A stretch of DNA of 64,000 bases from Acidobacteriota bacterium (GTDB lineage Bacteria > Acidobacteriota > Thermoanaerobaculia > Multivoradales > UBA5704), in assembly GCA_046765915.1 (NCBI GenBank), contig JBKPTH010000056.1:20405-84404 (forward strand). Reading direction: 5' to 3'. Under the pieces are notes generated by a model. It made no database searches. It was not told the origin of the DNA and saw nothing but the letters and a program-made list of their open reading frames with translations. A program made the translations under genes and the position numbers. Below, one piece after another: positions 48,526 through 58,083 of this stretch (the first letter of the stretch is position 1; the number at the start of each line of letters is the position of its first letter).

Positions 48526-50196
48526 TCAGGCGGCGGCGCTCAGGGCGACGGCGCGGTTGTACAAGGCATCGGCGGCGCGGTCCATGTCGGCGAGCAGGCC
48601 GGCCTGGGCGCGCTGGATGGCGGCGAGGCCGAAGGCGGAGGCGAGCCGCGAGGCGTCCGCGTCGGCGGCGCCGCAGATCCAGCGCAAGCCTTCGGTGGCC
48701 ACCTTGAGGGCCGCCTCGCGAGCGAACACGCGCGACAGCGTGGCGAGCGCGGCGGGGTCGAACCGGCGGTCGGCCTTGGCGCCGAGCTTGCCTTCGGCGG
48801 CGCGGGCGGCGCGCCGGGCGAAGCTGCCGGCCGCCTCCGCCCAGGCGATCAGCTCGCCGAGCCGCAGCAGGACGTGCTGGTTGCGGGTGAGGCGGCCGGC
48901 CCGGGCCTGCTCCAGGATCTCGGCCAGGGCGTGCAGGCCGAGAGCCGCGACGCCGGCGCCGGTCTCGGGCCGGCGGGCGGCGAGCTCCTCCAGCTTGCGC
49001 GCCTCGGCGTGAAAGTGGTCGCCGCGGGTCTTCAAGTGGAGCTGCCAGCGGTCGCGGCTGATGGTCATCTCGAGGATCTCCGAGGTGCCCTCGTAGATCG
49101 TCGTGATGCGCGCGTCGCGCTTGATCTTCTCCACCATGTACTCGCGCGTGTAGCCGTAGCCGCCGAGGGCCTGGATCGCGGCGTCCGCGGCCAGGTTGCC
49201 AAACTCGCTCGCCAGGTATTTGGCGATGGCGCCTTCGGTGTTGAGGCTCCCCTCGCCGGCGTCGATGCGCTCGGCCGTCTCCTCGATGAAGGCACGGGAG
49301 GCCTCCAGGCGGGCGGCGTGGGGAACGATCAGCTTGTGGGTGTAGCCCTGCTTCTCGGAGAGCGGACCGCCGGCCTGGATGCGCTCGACCGAGTAGGGGA
49401 TGGCGCGGTCGAGCGCGGCCCAGCCGGCACCGAGCCCGAACGCGGCCACCATCAGGCGGGTGTAGCCGAAGACGGCCTGCGCCTGCAGGAGCCCCTGCCC
49501 TTCGACGCCGCCCACCAGCGTATCGGCGGCGGCGAAGACACCGGCGAGCGAGACCTCGGCCGTGTTGCTGGCGCGGATGCCGTGCTTGTCCTCGGGCTTG
49601 CCGTGCGAGAGGCCGGGAGCTCCCTTCTCCACCACGAACCACGAAGGACCGCCGGGCGCGAGGGCGAGGACGCTGTAGAGGTCGGCGAAGCCGCCGTTGC
49701 TGATCCATTGCTTGTTGCCGTCGAGCCGGTAGCCCGCCGGCTTGCCGTCCTCCGCGGCGGGAACGGCGGTGGTGCGCAGGGCGGCGAGATCGCTGCCGGC
49801 CTCGGGCTCGGTGGCCGCGTAAGCCATGAGCAGCCCTTCGCCGGCGATGCGGGAGAGCCAGCGCTGCTTCTGCTCCTCCGTGCCGCCGAAGCAGATGGGA
49901 TCGCTGCCCAGGAAGGTGGCGAGCACGCCGGTCGCCACGCCGAGATCGACGCGGGCCAGGGCCTCGCAGACCTTGTAGACGTCGAAGGCCCCGCCGCCCA
50001 TGCCGCCGTACTCCTCGGGGATGAAGAGGAGCTGCACACCGAGGTCCTCGCCGCACATCCGGCGGACCAGGTCGTAGGGGAATTCGTCTCTGGCGTCGAG
50101 GTCGAGGAGTGTTTCGTCGGGGAGGTGCTCGCGAGCGAAATCCCGGATCGCCTCCAGGGTGAGCTCCAGCGTTTCGCGATCGAGTCCTGCGGCCAT
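48526..50196 (-). CDS. Acyl-CoA dehydrogenase with C-terminal extension
   Basis: [46 protein letters not shown]; ATG 50196 after AGGAGG. Confidence 0.94.
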   Translation of the reverse strand: MAAGLDRETLELTLEAIRDFAREHLPDETLLDLDARDEFPYDLVRRMCGEDLGVQLLFIPEEYGGMGGGAFDVYKVCEALARVDLGVATGVLATFLGSDPICFGGTEEQKQRWLSRIAGEGLLMAYAATEPEAGSDLAALRTTAVPAAEDGKPAGYRLDGNKQWISNGGFADLYSVLALAPGGPSWFVVEKGAPGLSHGKPEDKHGIRASNTAEVSLAGVFAAADTLVGGVEGQGLLQAQAVFGYTRLMVAAFGLGAGWAALDRAIPYSVERIQAGGPLSEKQGYTHKLIVPHAARLEASRAFIEETAERIDAGEGSLNTEGAIAKYLASEFGNLAADAAIQALGGYGYTREYMVEKIKRDARITTIYEGTSEILEMTISRDRWQLHLKTRGDHFHAEARKLEELAARRPETGAGVAALGLHALAEILEQARAGRLTRNQHVLLRLGELIAWAEAAGSFARRAARAAEGKLGAKADRRFDPAALATLSRVFAREAALKVATEGLRWICGAADADASRLASAFGLAAIQRAQAGLLADMDRAADALYNRAVALSAAA

Positions 50197-50529
50197 CTTT
50201 GCCCTCCTGAGGCGGGGAGCCGGATTCGGATTCGTCTGGTCCTTCGATTCGCCTCGTTGCCCCCTCGTTCGTCGAACCTGCGATCGGTTCCCCGAGGCTG
50301 CGAAAAACCTACATCCCGGGGAATACCGGCCGCGCCGCGCCCTGGGAGTAGACGCGAGATCTAAAGGGGTGGCTGAGGGCCTACCCGGCTGGCCGGGGGC
50401 GAGCCGCGAAGAAGCGTCGAGACTGGATTTCCAGAGCAGGTATGATGGGGCGCAGGAAAGCCGCCGCTCGCGGGTTTCTCGGGAGAAGCCGACCCCGGGC
50501 CGCGAGGCCCCCGACGTGAAAGGAGCGCT

Positions 50530-50970
50530 ATGAAAACCCGCACCACCCTCCTCGTCCTGGCCGCCGTCCTGGCCCTTCCCCTCGCCGCCGCCGCGCAGCG
50601 GTCCGACAAGGCGCGCGATCCGCGAGAGATCCTGACCAATCCGCGGCTGCTCGCCCGCTACCTGAACCTGACGCCCGCGCAGGTGGCGACCACGCAGACC
50701 CTCTTCAAGGAGCTCCAGGCCACGGTGAAGCCGCTGCGCGAGGCGCGGAAAGGGCTCGCCGAGGCGTTCTACGCCGAGCTCGAGGAGGCCAGCCCGAGCG
50801 CCTGCGACGTCGGCGCGGCCGCCATCGCGCTGCACGAGAACGGCGAGAAGATCAAGGACGCCCTCGAGGTCTTCGACCAGAAGTTCTCGGCCATCCTCAC
50901 CCCCGAGCAGCTCGCCAGGTACGAGGCCTTGAAGGAGGCGGCCAGACTGCTCGGCGGCAGGGACGACTAG
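50530..50970 (+). CDS. Spy/CpxP-family periplasmic protein
   Basis: Signal peptide; LNLTPAQ and ILTPEQ (LTxxQ) motifs. Confidence 0.8.
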   Translation: MKTRTTLLVLAAVLALPLAAAAQRSDKARDPREILTNPRLLARYLNLTPAQVATTQTLFKELQATVKPLREARKGLAEAFYAELEEASPSACDVGAAAIALHENGEKIKDALEVFDQKFSAILTPEQLARYEALKEAARLLGGRDD

Positions 50971-50989
50971 GTTTCTTGGGTGCAACTCT

Positions 50990-51017
50990 GTAGGGGCGGC
51001 CCTATGTGGCCGCCCTG
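50990..51017 (+). repeat. GTAG REP, single copy
   Basis: gtaggggcggccctatgtggccgccctg, identical to the 14234 copy. Confidence 0.88.
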
Positions 51018-51129
51018 CCAGCCCAAGTACGCGAAGTAGTAGTCTGTCTGTGATCGGTCCCCCGCCCGTTGACGGCTGTTCCGAGCTGCTCTATCCTGAT
51101 CTAAGCGTTTTACCGAAAAGAGGTGAGCC

Positions 51130-52218
51130 ATGCCACAGGTGCCGGCTCCGGCTGCCATATTCGGCAGGCAGGGGATCACCCCGGAAGACCAGGAGTATCG
51201 AGGATCGCGCTTCAGCGAAGTCAAGGCGGCCCTCTTCGCGAATCCCTACCAGAAAGTCTGGGGCGGTCCCGGCGAGCCGGCCCTGCCGGTTTACAAAGTC
51301 ACCAATCGGAGCAATTACGGCGGCATCCTGCCGGGCGGGAGACCTCCTCAATTGAGGCTCGCCTCGATCAGGACCGTGGATACCGCGGCCGATCTGCGCT
51401 GGGGAGAGGACAGCAAGGGCTTTCGCCGGCTGGTGCGGCCTCACGGCGTCTGCGTCACGGGCGTCTGGGAGATCACCGCTGACAATCCCTACTCCGGTTA
51501 TTTCAAGAAAGGCAGCCGGGGCCTGGTGATCGCGCGCATCAGCGCGGGCAGAGGCATGACGCTGCTAGGGCCCCGGCGCTCCTACGGCCTCGTCTTCAAG
51601 CTGTTCCCCACCGTGGACGAAAACCACGAGACCCCGCTCCGCCCGGCCAACATCATCCTCGCGGACGACCTGGGAGGCTCGACGGCGCCGCGTCTCATCG
51701 GCAGGGAGCTCACCAACGCCCCTCAGATCACCGGTTGGAACCGCGGCAATGAGATACCCATCCTGCTCCTGGAGGGATTGACCTTCGCGCTCGTCGACCT
51801 CAAGTCCTCCGTGCGCCAGGTCTACCCCATCGCGGAATTGGGCAAGGCCGCGGGGGAGAAGACGAACGCGCCGGAATTCATGCGGCTGAAGACCGCGCCG
51901 GGACAGCCGGCGATCGACGAGGACGACGTGCGCAACGAGGTCCTGGCCCACATCTTCGACAAGGGGAATCCCCAGCCGCAGCGCACCCTCGGCTTCGACA
52001 TCTCCGTCTCCGACGCCGGCAAGAGATTGTCGCTCGGCATCTTCCAAAGGCAGACCATCACCAACTGGCAGACCATCGGCAAGCTCACCTTCAACGACGG
52101 CGTAGCCTCCTACAACGGCGATTTCGTCATTCATTTCCAGCACCCCGGCTGGCGCAAAGACCGGAACGATCCCGGCACGGCCGTGCGCCAGGGTGGGAAG
52201 AAGGTCCGCTCGATTTGA
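51130..52218 (+). CDS. Hypothetical protein, possible catalase-like fold
   Basis: RRLVRPHGVCVTGVW..YSGYF..VIARIS..GLVFKLF resembles the catalase-related beta-barrel. Confidence 0.55.
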   Translation: MPQVPAPAAIFGRQGITPEDQEYRGSRFSEVKAALFANPYQKVWGGPGEPALPVYKVTNRSNYGGILPGGRPPQLRLASIRTVDTAADLRWGEDSKGFRRLVRPHGVCVTGVWEITADNPYSGYFKKGSRGLVIARISAGRGMTLLGPRRSYGLVFKLFPTVDENHETPLRPANIILADDLGGSTAPRLIGRELTNAPQITGWNRGNEIPILLLEGLTFALVDLKSSVRQVYPIAELGKAAGEKTNAPEFMRLKTAPGQPAIDEDDVRNEVLAHIFDKGNPQPQRTLGFDISVSDAGKRLSLGIFQRQTITNWQTIGKLTFNDGVASYNGDFVIHFQHPGWRKDRNDPGTAVRQGGKKVRSI

Positions 52219-52246
52219 AGCGGCCGGCTCGTTGTAGCATCCCCGG

Positions 52247-53749
52247 ATGCGAAGGCCGATTCTGCTGCTGTTTCTGCTGCTCTCTGTTGACATCGAGGCG
52301 ACGGCTCAATCCGCAAACCCTTGCTGGCTGATCCAGGACGTCACGCTGGTGGACGGCACCGGGACTCCGGGCCGCGCGGCCTCCGTGCGGGTCTGCGGGG
52401 ACCGCATCGCCGCCGTCGGCCAGTTGAAGCCGCAGGACGGCGAGAGGATCGTCGCCGGCAAGAGGCAGGTGCTGGCTCCAGGCTTCATCGACACCCACAG
52501 CCATCACGACGACGGATTCGAGAAGGACCGCGCGGTGCTCGCTGCCGTCAGCCAGGGCGTCACGTCGGTCGTCGTCGGCCAGGACGGCGGTTCCAGCTTT
52601 CCCCTGGCGCCGTTCCTGGCAGGCCTGGAGGCCAGGCCGGTCGCGGTCAACGTCGCCTCCTACGTCGGGCACGGCACGCTGCGCAGCCAGGTGATGGGCT
52701 CCGACTTCCGGCGGCCGGCGACGGCGGACGAGATCATCGCCATGAGCGCGATCCTGCGCCGCGAGCTGGCGAGCGGCGCCCTCGGCCTCTCCTCGGGCCT
52801 CGAGTACGATCCGGGCATCTACTCGACGACCGAGGAGCTCCTCGCCCTGGCCCAGGAAACGAGCCGGGCGGGAGGCCGCTACATCAGCCACATCCGCAGC
52901 GAGGACCGCAAGCTCTTCGAAGCCATCGACGAGATCATCCGCATCGGCCGCGAGACCCGGCTGCCGGTGCAGGTGTCGCACATGAAGCTGGCGATGAAGA
53001 GCCTCTGGGGCCAGGCGGATCAGCTCCTGGCCCGCCTCGACGCCGCGCGGGCGGCCGGCGTGGACATCACCGCGGACGTCTATCCCTATCCGTACTGGCA
53101 ATCGACCATGACCGTCCTCTTCCCGGAACGGAACTTCACCGACCGGGAGACCGCGGCGTTCGCCCTCTCCGAGCTGACCACGCCGGAAGGCATGATCGTC
53201 TCGCGTTATGGACCGGAACCGGCCTACGCGGGCAAGACTCTGGCGGAGATCGCAGCGCTTCGCGGCACGGACCCGGTAACGACGTATATCGATCTCATCG
53301 CCAAATCGCAGGCCGCCGGCGGCGACAACGAATCGATCATCGCCACCAGCATGGACGAGCGGGACATCGCGGCGATCGTCGCCTGGCCGCAGGCCAACAT
53401 CTGCAGCGACGGCGAGGACGACGGCCGCCATCCGCGCGGCTACGGGACGTTTCCGCGCGTCCTGCGCCGCTACGTGCGGGAGCAGCGCGTGCTGACCCTG
53501 GAGGCCGCCGTCGAGAAGATGACGCGGCTGGCGGCGGCTCACGCCGGCCTGCGGGACCGCGGCGTCATCCGGGAGGGAGCCTACGCGGACCTGGTACTGT
53601 TCGATCCGGCGGCCGTGGCCGACCGGGCAACGCCGCAAGAGCCGCACCTCGCGTCCGCCGGCATCCTCGGCGTATGGGTCAACGGCGTCCAGGTCTACGA
53701 TGGCGAGAAGTCGACGGGCGCCTTTCCCGGCCGGGTGCTGCGCCGGTAG
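52247..53749 (+). CDS. Secreted N-acyl-D-amino-acid deacylase (amidohydrolase)
   Basis: APGFIDTHSH, SHIRSE, SHMK, HPRGYGTFPRVL, ADLVLFDP. Confidence 0.92.
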   Translation: MRRPILLLFLLLSVDIEATAQSANPCWLIQDVTLVDGTGTPGRAASVRVCGDRIAAVGQLKPQDGERIVAGKRQVLAPGFIDTHSHHDDGFEKDRAVLAAVSQGVTSVVVGQDGGSSFPLAPFLAGLEARPVAVNVASYVGHGTLRSQVMGSDFRRPATADEIIAMSAILRRELASGALGLSSGLEYDPGIYSTTEELLALAQETSRAGGRYISHIRSEDRKLFEAIDEIIRIGRETRLPVQVSHMKLAMKSLWGQADQLLARLDAARAAGVDITADVYPYPYWQSTMTVLFPERNFTDRETAAFALSELTTPEGMIVSRYGPEPAYAGKTLAEIAALRGTDPVTTYIDLIAKSQAAGGDNESIIATSMDERDIAAIVAWPQANICSDGEDDGRHPRGYGTFPRVLRRYVREQRVLTLEAAVEKMTRLAAAHAGLRDRGVIREGAYADLVLFDPAAVADRATPQEPHLASAGILGVWVNGVQVYDGEKSTGAFPGRVLRR

Positions 53750-53764
53750 AAACGGAGGACTGAC

Positions 53765-54505
53765 ATGGATCCGAGCTCGAGCACCATCCTCATCACCGGC
53801 GGCGCCTCCGGCATCGGACTCGCGCTCGCCGAGCGTTTCCTGGCCGCGGGCAGCGAGGTGATCCTCTGCGGCCGCCGGGAGGAGAAGCTGCGCGAGCCGC
53901 AAGCGAAGCATCCACAGATAAAGATCCGCGTCTGCGACGTCGCCAGCGCGGCGGATCGCGCCTCTCTGTTCCAATGGGCCACCGGCGAGTTTCCCCGCCT
54001 CGACGTGCTCGTCAACAACGCCGGCATCCAACGCCGAGTCCAGCTCGCGCAACCGGAGGATTGGGAGGAGACCGAACGAGAAATCACCATCAACTTCGAC
54101 GCGCCGGTGCATCTCTCGCTGCTTTTCATCCCGCACCTGCTGAAGCAGCCGCGCGCCGCGATCCTCAACGTGACTTCCGGCCTGAGCTTCGTGCCGATGG
54201 CGAGCGCGCCGGTCTACAGCGCCACCAAGGCGGCCCTGCATTCCTTCACGTTGTCGCTGCGGCATCAGCTCGCGGGCACTCCCATCGAGGTCATCGAGAT
54301 CATCCCGCCGGCGGTGAATACCGATCTGGGAGGCCCCGGCCTCCATACCTTCGGCGTGCCCGTCGGCGAGTTCGCCGACGCGGTGATGGCCGGGCTGCAA
54401 AAGGGAGAGCGGGAGATCGCCTACGGCTTCGCCCAGCAGTCCAGCCGGGCCTCCCGTGAAGAGCTCGACGCGATCTTCCAGCGGTTGAACCAGCCGCGCG
54501 CATAG
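53765..54505 (+). CDS. SDR oxidoreductase (DltE-like)
   Basis: TGGASGIG, NNAGIQ, YSATK, PPAVNT. Confidence 0.93.
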   Translation: MDPSSSTILITGGASGIGLALAERFLAAGSEVILCGRREEKLREPQAKHPQIKIRVCDVASAADRASLFQWATGEFPRLDVLVNNAGIQRRVQLAQPEDWEETEREITINFDAPVHLSLLFIPHLLKQPRAAILNVTSGLSFVPMASAPVYSATKAALHSFTLSLRHQLAGTPIEVIEIIPPAVNTDLGGPGLHTFGVPVGEFADAVMAGLQKGEREIAYGFAQQSSRASREELDAIFQRLNQPRA

Positions 54506-54513
54506 AACCGGGC

Positions 54514-57438
54514 TTATTGGAAGTAGCCGTTCACGTCGAGGATGAAGTCGACCGTTCCTCCCGAGCCGTTCTGAACTTTGATGCCGCCGCTACCGTCGAA
54601 GGAGAGGCGGAGGACGGCGTTGTTGGCCCGCGTCTGACCGGCGGCGAAGTTGATCGAGCTGGTCAGCGGCGTCTCGACGTCCGCCGGGAACAGGACGAGG
54701 TGCCCGCCGGCGCCCGGCTGGGTGACCGTGAGGTTCACCGACAGCGCTTTCGCGCCGGCCGGCACGCCGCAGGGACCGGTGAGCGCGAAGATGCGCTGCG
54801 CAAACGGTTGGAGAGCCGGCCCGCCACTCGGCCCAACTGGATTCCGGGTGTCGACGAGACGGCAGGGAGCCAATGTGTAGAAGTCGAGCGGCATGGGCTG
54901 TGCCGGCTGGCAGCTCGTCGTCGTCTTCAGGGTGACCGAATCGACGTACCAGCCGGTAAGGCCGAAGAAGTCGTCATCTCCCCCGTGCCACCGCAGCCTG
55001 GCCGTGGCGCCGGCATAGGAACCGAGATCGGCCTTCACCTCCGTCATCGTTCCGATGGAGCCGCCGCACCAGGCCCGCTTGCCGCCGATGGGGTTACTGC
55101 AGCACGACATGACCGTGCCGTTGAAGCCGCCGGCGGTGAACGCGGCGTCGGGGAGAACGGACCAGCTCCCGCCGCCATCCGTCGAGATCTCCAGTGTCCC
55201 GCCGTCGAAACACAGGTCGAACTGGTAGGTATGCCAGAACGAGAGTCGGGTGCCGGCCTGCGGCGTGAACGGCGGCGAGACGAGGACGCGGTCGGAGATA
55301 AATGGCTGGCTGTCGGCATACCAGGAGTGCGTGGGCGTCTGCGACTGGGCCGCCGAGAGCACCCAGTCCACGCCACCCGAGAGCGCCGAGTGCTCCCAGC
55401 CAGGGTTATCGAAGCCGCCGCCTCCCTCGAACGTCTCGCCAAGGTCCGTCGTCGTCGGACCGGTGGGCACGGCACTGCGTTGGACACTGTTGCCCTCCTC
55501 TTTGCCGTTGGAAGCATCGACGGCGCGCACGACGTAGTAGTAGGTCTGGCCGTCGTTCAGCGGCGCCGTATCCTGGTAGGCCGTCCCGGTCACGCCGGCG
55601 GCGATCTGGTTGCCGGCTCCCGGCACGAAGCCGGAGGAGGTCGAGCGATAGACGTTGTAGATCAACGGGCCGGCGCAGTTGGGCATGGCCGCCTGCCAGG
55701 CGAGAGTGAGGCCGCAGGTGGCGGTGCCGTCGTTGGTGGCGCTGGTCAACCCCGCGAACGCCGGAGGCAGGAGGCAGGCTCCGGTGGCCGTGGCTTCGAC
55801 GCAGTCCGAGAGAGCGGACTTGCATTCGCCGGTGGCGTCGCTGCCTTTGACCCGGTAGGCATAGGTCGTGCCGCCGGAAACGGTGTTGTCGTTGTAGGAC
55901 GAGCCGGCGACGCCGGAAGCGATCAAGGCGAAGGGACCGGGCGAGGCGCAGGTACCCGTGGCGCGGTAGACGTTGAATTTCGCCGCCGGGGGCGAGCCGT
56001 TACCCCAGGTGACCTGGATCGTGTTCGGCGCGGTCGCCGTGGCGGTGCCGATGGCCGGCGCGCCGGGGACCGTGCAGTTGCCGATACTGTCGAGCGTCAC
56101 GGCGCCGGTGTTGGCGGCGTCGAGCCAGTTGGAGAGCCGGGTGCTGGCGGTGCCTTCGCCCGTCCAGGACACGCTGAAGCGGCCATAGAAATCGGAGAGG
56201 CCGTCGCCGGTGGCGCCGCACGCCGAGGGGCCGCCGTAGAGCTGGCCGATGAAGCGGCGGTCGCTATTGAAGAGCGGCGAACCGGAGGAGCCGGGCTCGG
56301 TTACTCCCGGGACTGTATAGGGCCCCGGAGGATCGGCCGCCCAGTGGACCCAGAGGAAGTCGTCGTCGCTCGGGTCCGTGACGATGTCCGTGGTGGAGTA
56401 GGTAATGCGTTTCTCCTCGTTGCTCGGGTGATGGATTCCGGCACAGGGGATCTCGGCGGTACAGGCGTGATCGTCCGGCGAGCGGTCCCAGCCTTCCCAG
56501 AGGTGGTTGAAGGCGGCGACCGGCGGATCGTCGAGCTCGACCAGGGTGAAGTCGGAGAGAGAGGAACCGGCGCGGAAAAAAGAGCCGCTGTGAAACTGCG
56601 TGAGCTGGCCGTTGCCCGGCTGCCCGCTCTGGGCGCTGCCGGGCGCCCGGCAAAACGAATTCTGATAGTTCCAGTAGGCTACCAGCGACGCGGCATTGCC
56701 GGCGTTGACGCCGCAGTGGTCGGCGGTGATGAAGTACATCTTGTGGTCGTTGGCGGTGTCGTTGATCAGCGAGCCGCTGCACAACCGCGCGCCGCCGAGC
56801 GTAAACATCGCCACCGAACGCACCTGCTCCCGCCAGGGATCGCCGGCGGGGATGCACTCGACGTCCATGTTGCAGTCCCCGGACTTGACCGTCGAGACGG
56901 TACCGAACCCCCGGTAACCCTGGTTGATGGAGGCCAGCTCGAGCTTCACCTCGCCCATCTCGCTCTCCGGCACGGCGAGCTCGACGATCAGATCGCCGGT
57001 GAGCACCACCGGCGTCCAGAGCTGGCCGTGGGCTTCGTTGTCGTCGGCGGTAAAGGGCGGCAATCCGGATTTGCCGTCGGCCGAGTAGAGGAGGAGGCGG
57101 CCGTGCGGCGGCAGCCTGAAGCGCGAGAAGCCGAGGTTGAGGGAGGTGGTCCCTTCACGGCCGATAACGCGCAACCGCCACACCATCGTGCCGTCGGGCA
57201 GCCGCTCCCAGGTGCCGTGGTCCGCGGGCGTGATTGACACCGCCTCGGGAACGGCGAAGCGCGGCGGCAGGCCCTCCCGGTCGCTCTCCGCATCCTCGGC
57301 CGTGATCGCCGCCAGGTCCAGCGGCGACGCCAGCACGGTGTCGAGCCGGTCGATGTCCGCCACCGGATACGGGCCCGCTTTCGCGGCGGCACCCAGCACC
57401 GCCAGGCTGAGAGCGATGTACAACACGGACGTCTTCAT
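54514..57438 (-). CDS. Secreted lysyl-endopeptidase-like S1 protease with Fn3-like repeats and C-terminal accessory domain
   Basis: CSGSLIN, TADHC, DFTL, TEPGSSGSPLF triad; YNVYR/YYYVVRA Fn3; C-terminal PCRLVDTR...DVNGYFQ. Confidence 0.9.
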   Translation of the reverse strand: MKTSVLYIALSLAVLGAAAKAGPYPVADIDRLDTVLASPLDLAAITAEDAESDREGLPPRFAVPEAVSITPADHGTWERLPDGTMVWRLRVIGREGTTSLNLGFSRFRLPPHGRLLLYSADGKSGLPPFTADDNEAHGQLWTPVVLTGDLIVELAVPESEMGEVKLELASINQGYRGFGTVSTVKSGDCNMDVECIPAGDPWREQVRSVAMFTLGGARLCSGSLINDTANDHKMYFITADHCGVNAGNAASLVAYWNYQNSFCRAPGSAQSGQPGNGQLTQFHSGSFFRAGSSLSDFTLVELDDPPVAAFNHLWEGWDRSPDDHACTAEIPCAGIHHPSNEEKRITYSTTDIVTDPSDDDFLWVHWAADPPGPYTVPGVTEPGSSGSPLFNSDRRFIGQLYGGPSACGATGDGLSDFYGRFSVSWTGEGTASTRLSNWLDAANTGAVTLDSIGNCTVPGAPAIGTATATAPNTIQVTWGNGSPPAAKFNVYRATGTCASPGPFALIASGVAGSSYNDNTVSGGTTYAYRVKGSDATGECKSALSDCVEATATGACLLPPAFAGLTSATNDGTATCGLTLAWQAAMPNCAGPLIYNVYRSTSSGFVPGAGNQIAAGVTGTAYQDTAPLNDGQTYYYVVRAVDASNGKEEGNSVQRSAVPTGPTTTDLGETFEGGGGFDNPGWEHSALSGGVDWVLSAAQSQTPTHSWYADSQPFISDRVLVSPPFTPQAGTRLSFWHTYQFDLCFDGGTLEISTDGGGSWSVLPDAAFTAGGFNGTVMSCCSNPIGGKRAWCGGSIGTMTEVKADLGSYAGATARLRWHGGDDDFFGLTGWYVDSVTLKTTTSCQPAQPMPLDFYTLAPCRLVDTRNPVGPSGGPALQPFAQRIFALTGPCGVPAGAKALSVNLTVTQPGAGGHLVLFPADVETPLTSSINFAAGQTRANNAVLRLSFDGSGGIKVQNGSGGTVDFILDVNGYFQ

Positions 57439-57537
57439 CGGGGGATCCTTCGGCCTCCTGCTTCGTTCGGCGACGCGAGTATTTTACACCCCTCGCGGAT
57501 CTGTAAGGACCGGCGGCCGGCAGGGCGAACGCCTTGC

Positions 57538-57990
57538 TCACCGGCGTGCGAGCCGCGCCTTTACCCGCTCCGTCGCCGTGGCGAGGACCTTCTTGACGTC
57601 CTCGAAACGCGTGGACGGCAGGTTGTTGAAATCCATCAGCCGGTGCTCCAGCTCCATTCCCTTCGTCGCCTCCTCCACGGCGAAACGGACCTCCTGCAGA
57701 GCGACGCGGCGGTGCTGGTACTCTCCCAGGACCTCGACCGAAGCCTTCTGGAGAGCGCAAAAGAGACTCCAGATGCGATCTTCAGGAGAGCAGATCCGGT
57801 CGTCGTGCCGGTCCCACTTCGCGGGGTCTGACAGGATCTCGTCAGCCCGCTGCAGGATGCGGAGGTCCTCCGCCGTCACCGGCTGATCGCGCTGTTCGTA
57901 CTCGGGCGTGGACTCAGGCTGGGAGGGCGGCTGCGGCGTAGGGGTACCGAGCAGCATGCCGAGGATGAGCCCGCCCGCGAGGATGTCCAT
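57538..57990 (-). CDS. Hypothetical exported protein
   Basis: GGAGGT RBS; N-terminal hydrophobic stretch; WDRHDDRIC..WSLFCAL. Confidence 0.72.
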   Translation of the reverse strand: MDILAGGLILGMLLGTPTPQPPSQPESTPEYEQRDQPVTAEDLRILQRADEILSDPAKWDRHDDRICSPEDRIWSLFCALQKASVEVLGEYQHRRVALQEVRFAVEEATKGMELEHRLMDFNNLPSTRFEDVKKVLATATERVKARLARR

Positions 57991-58083
57991 ACGCGTACCT
58001 CCTGGCTCTCCTACGGCGTTCGCAATCCCGGAGTTTCGGACTCATCCGTGCCGGACCGCCGGGAGGAGGATACGCTAGGCTCA

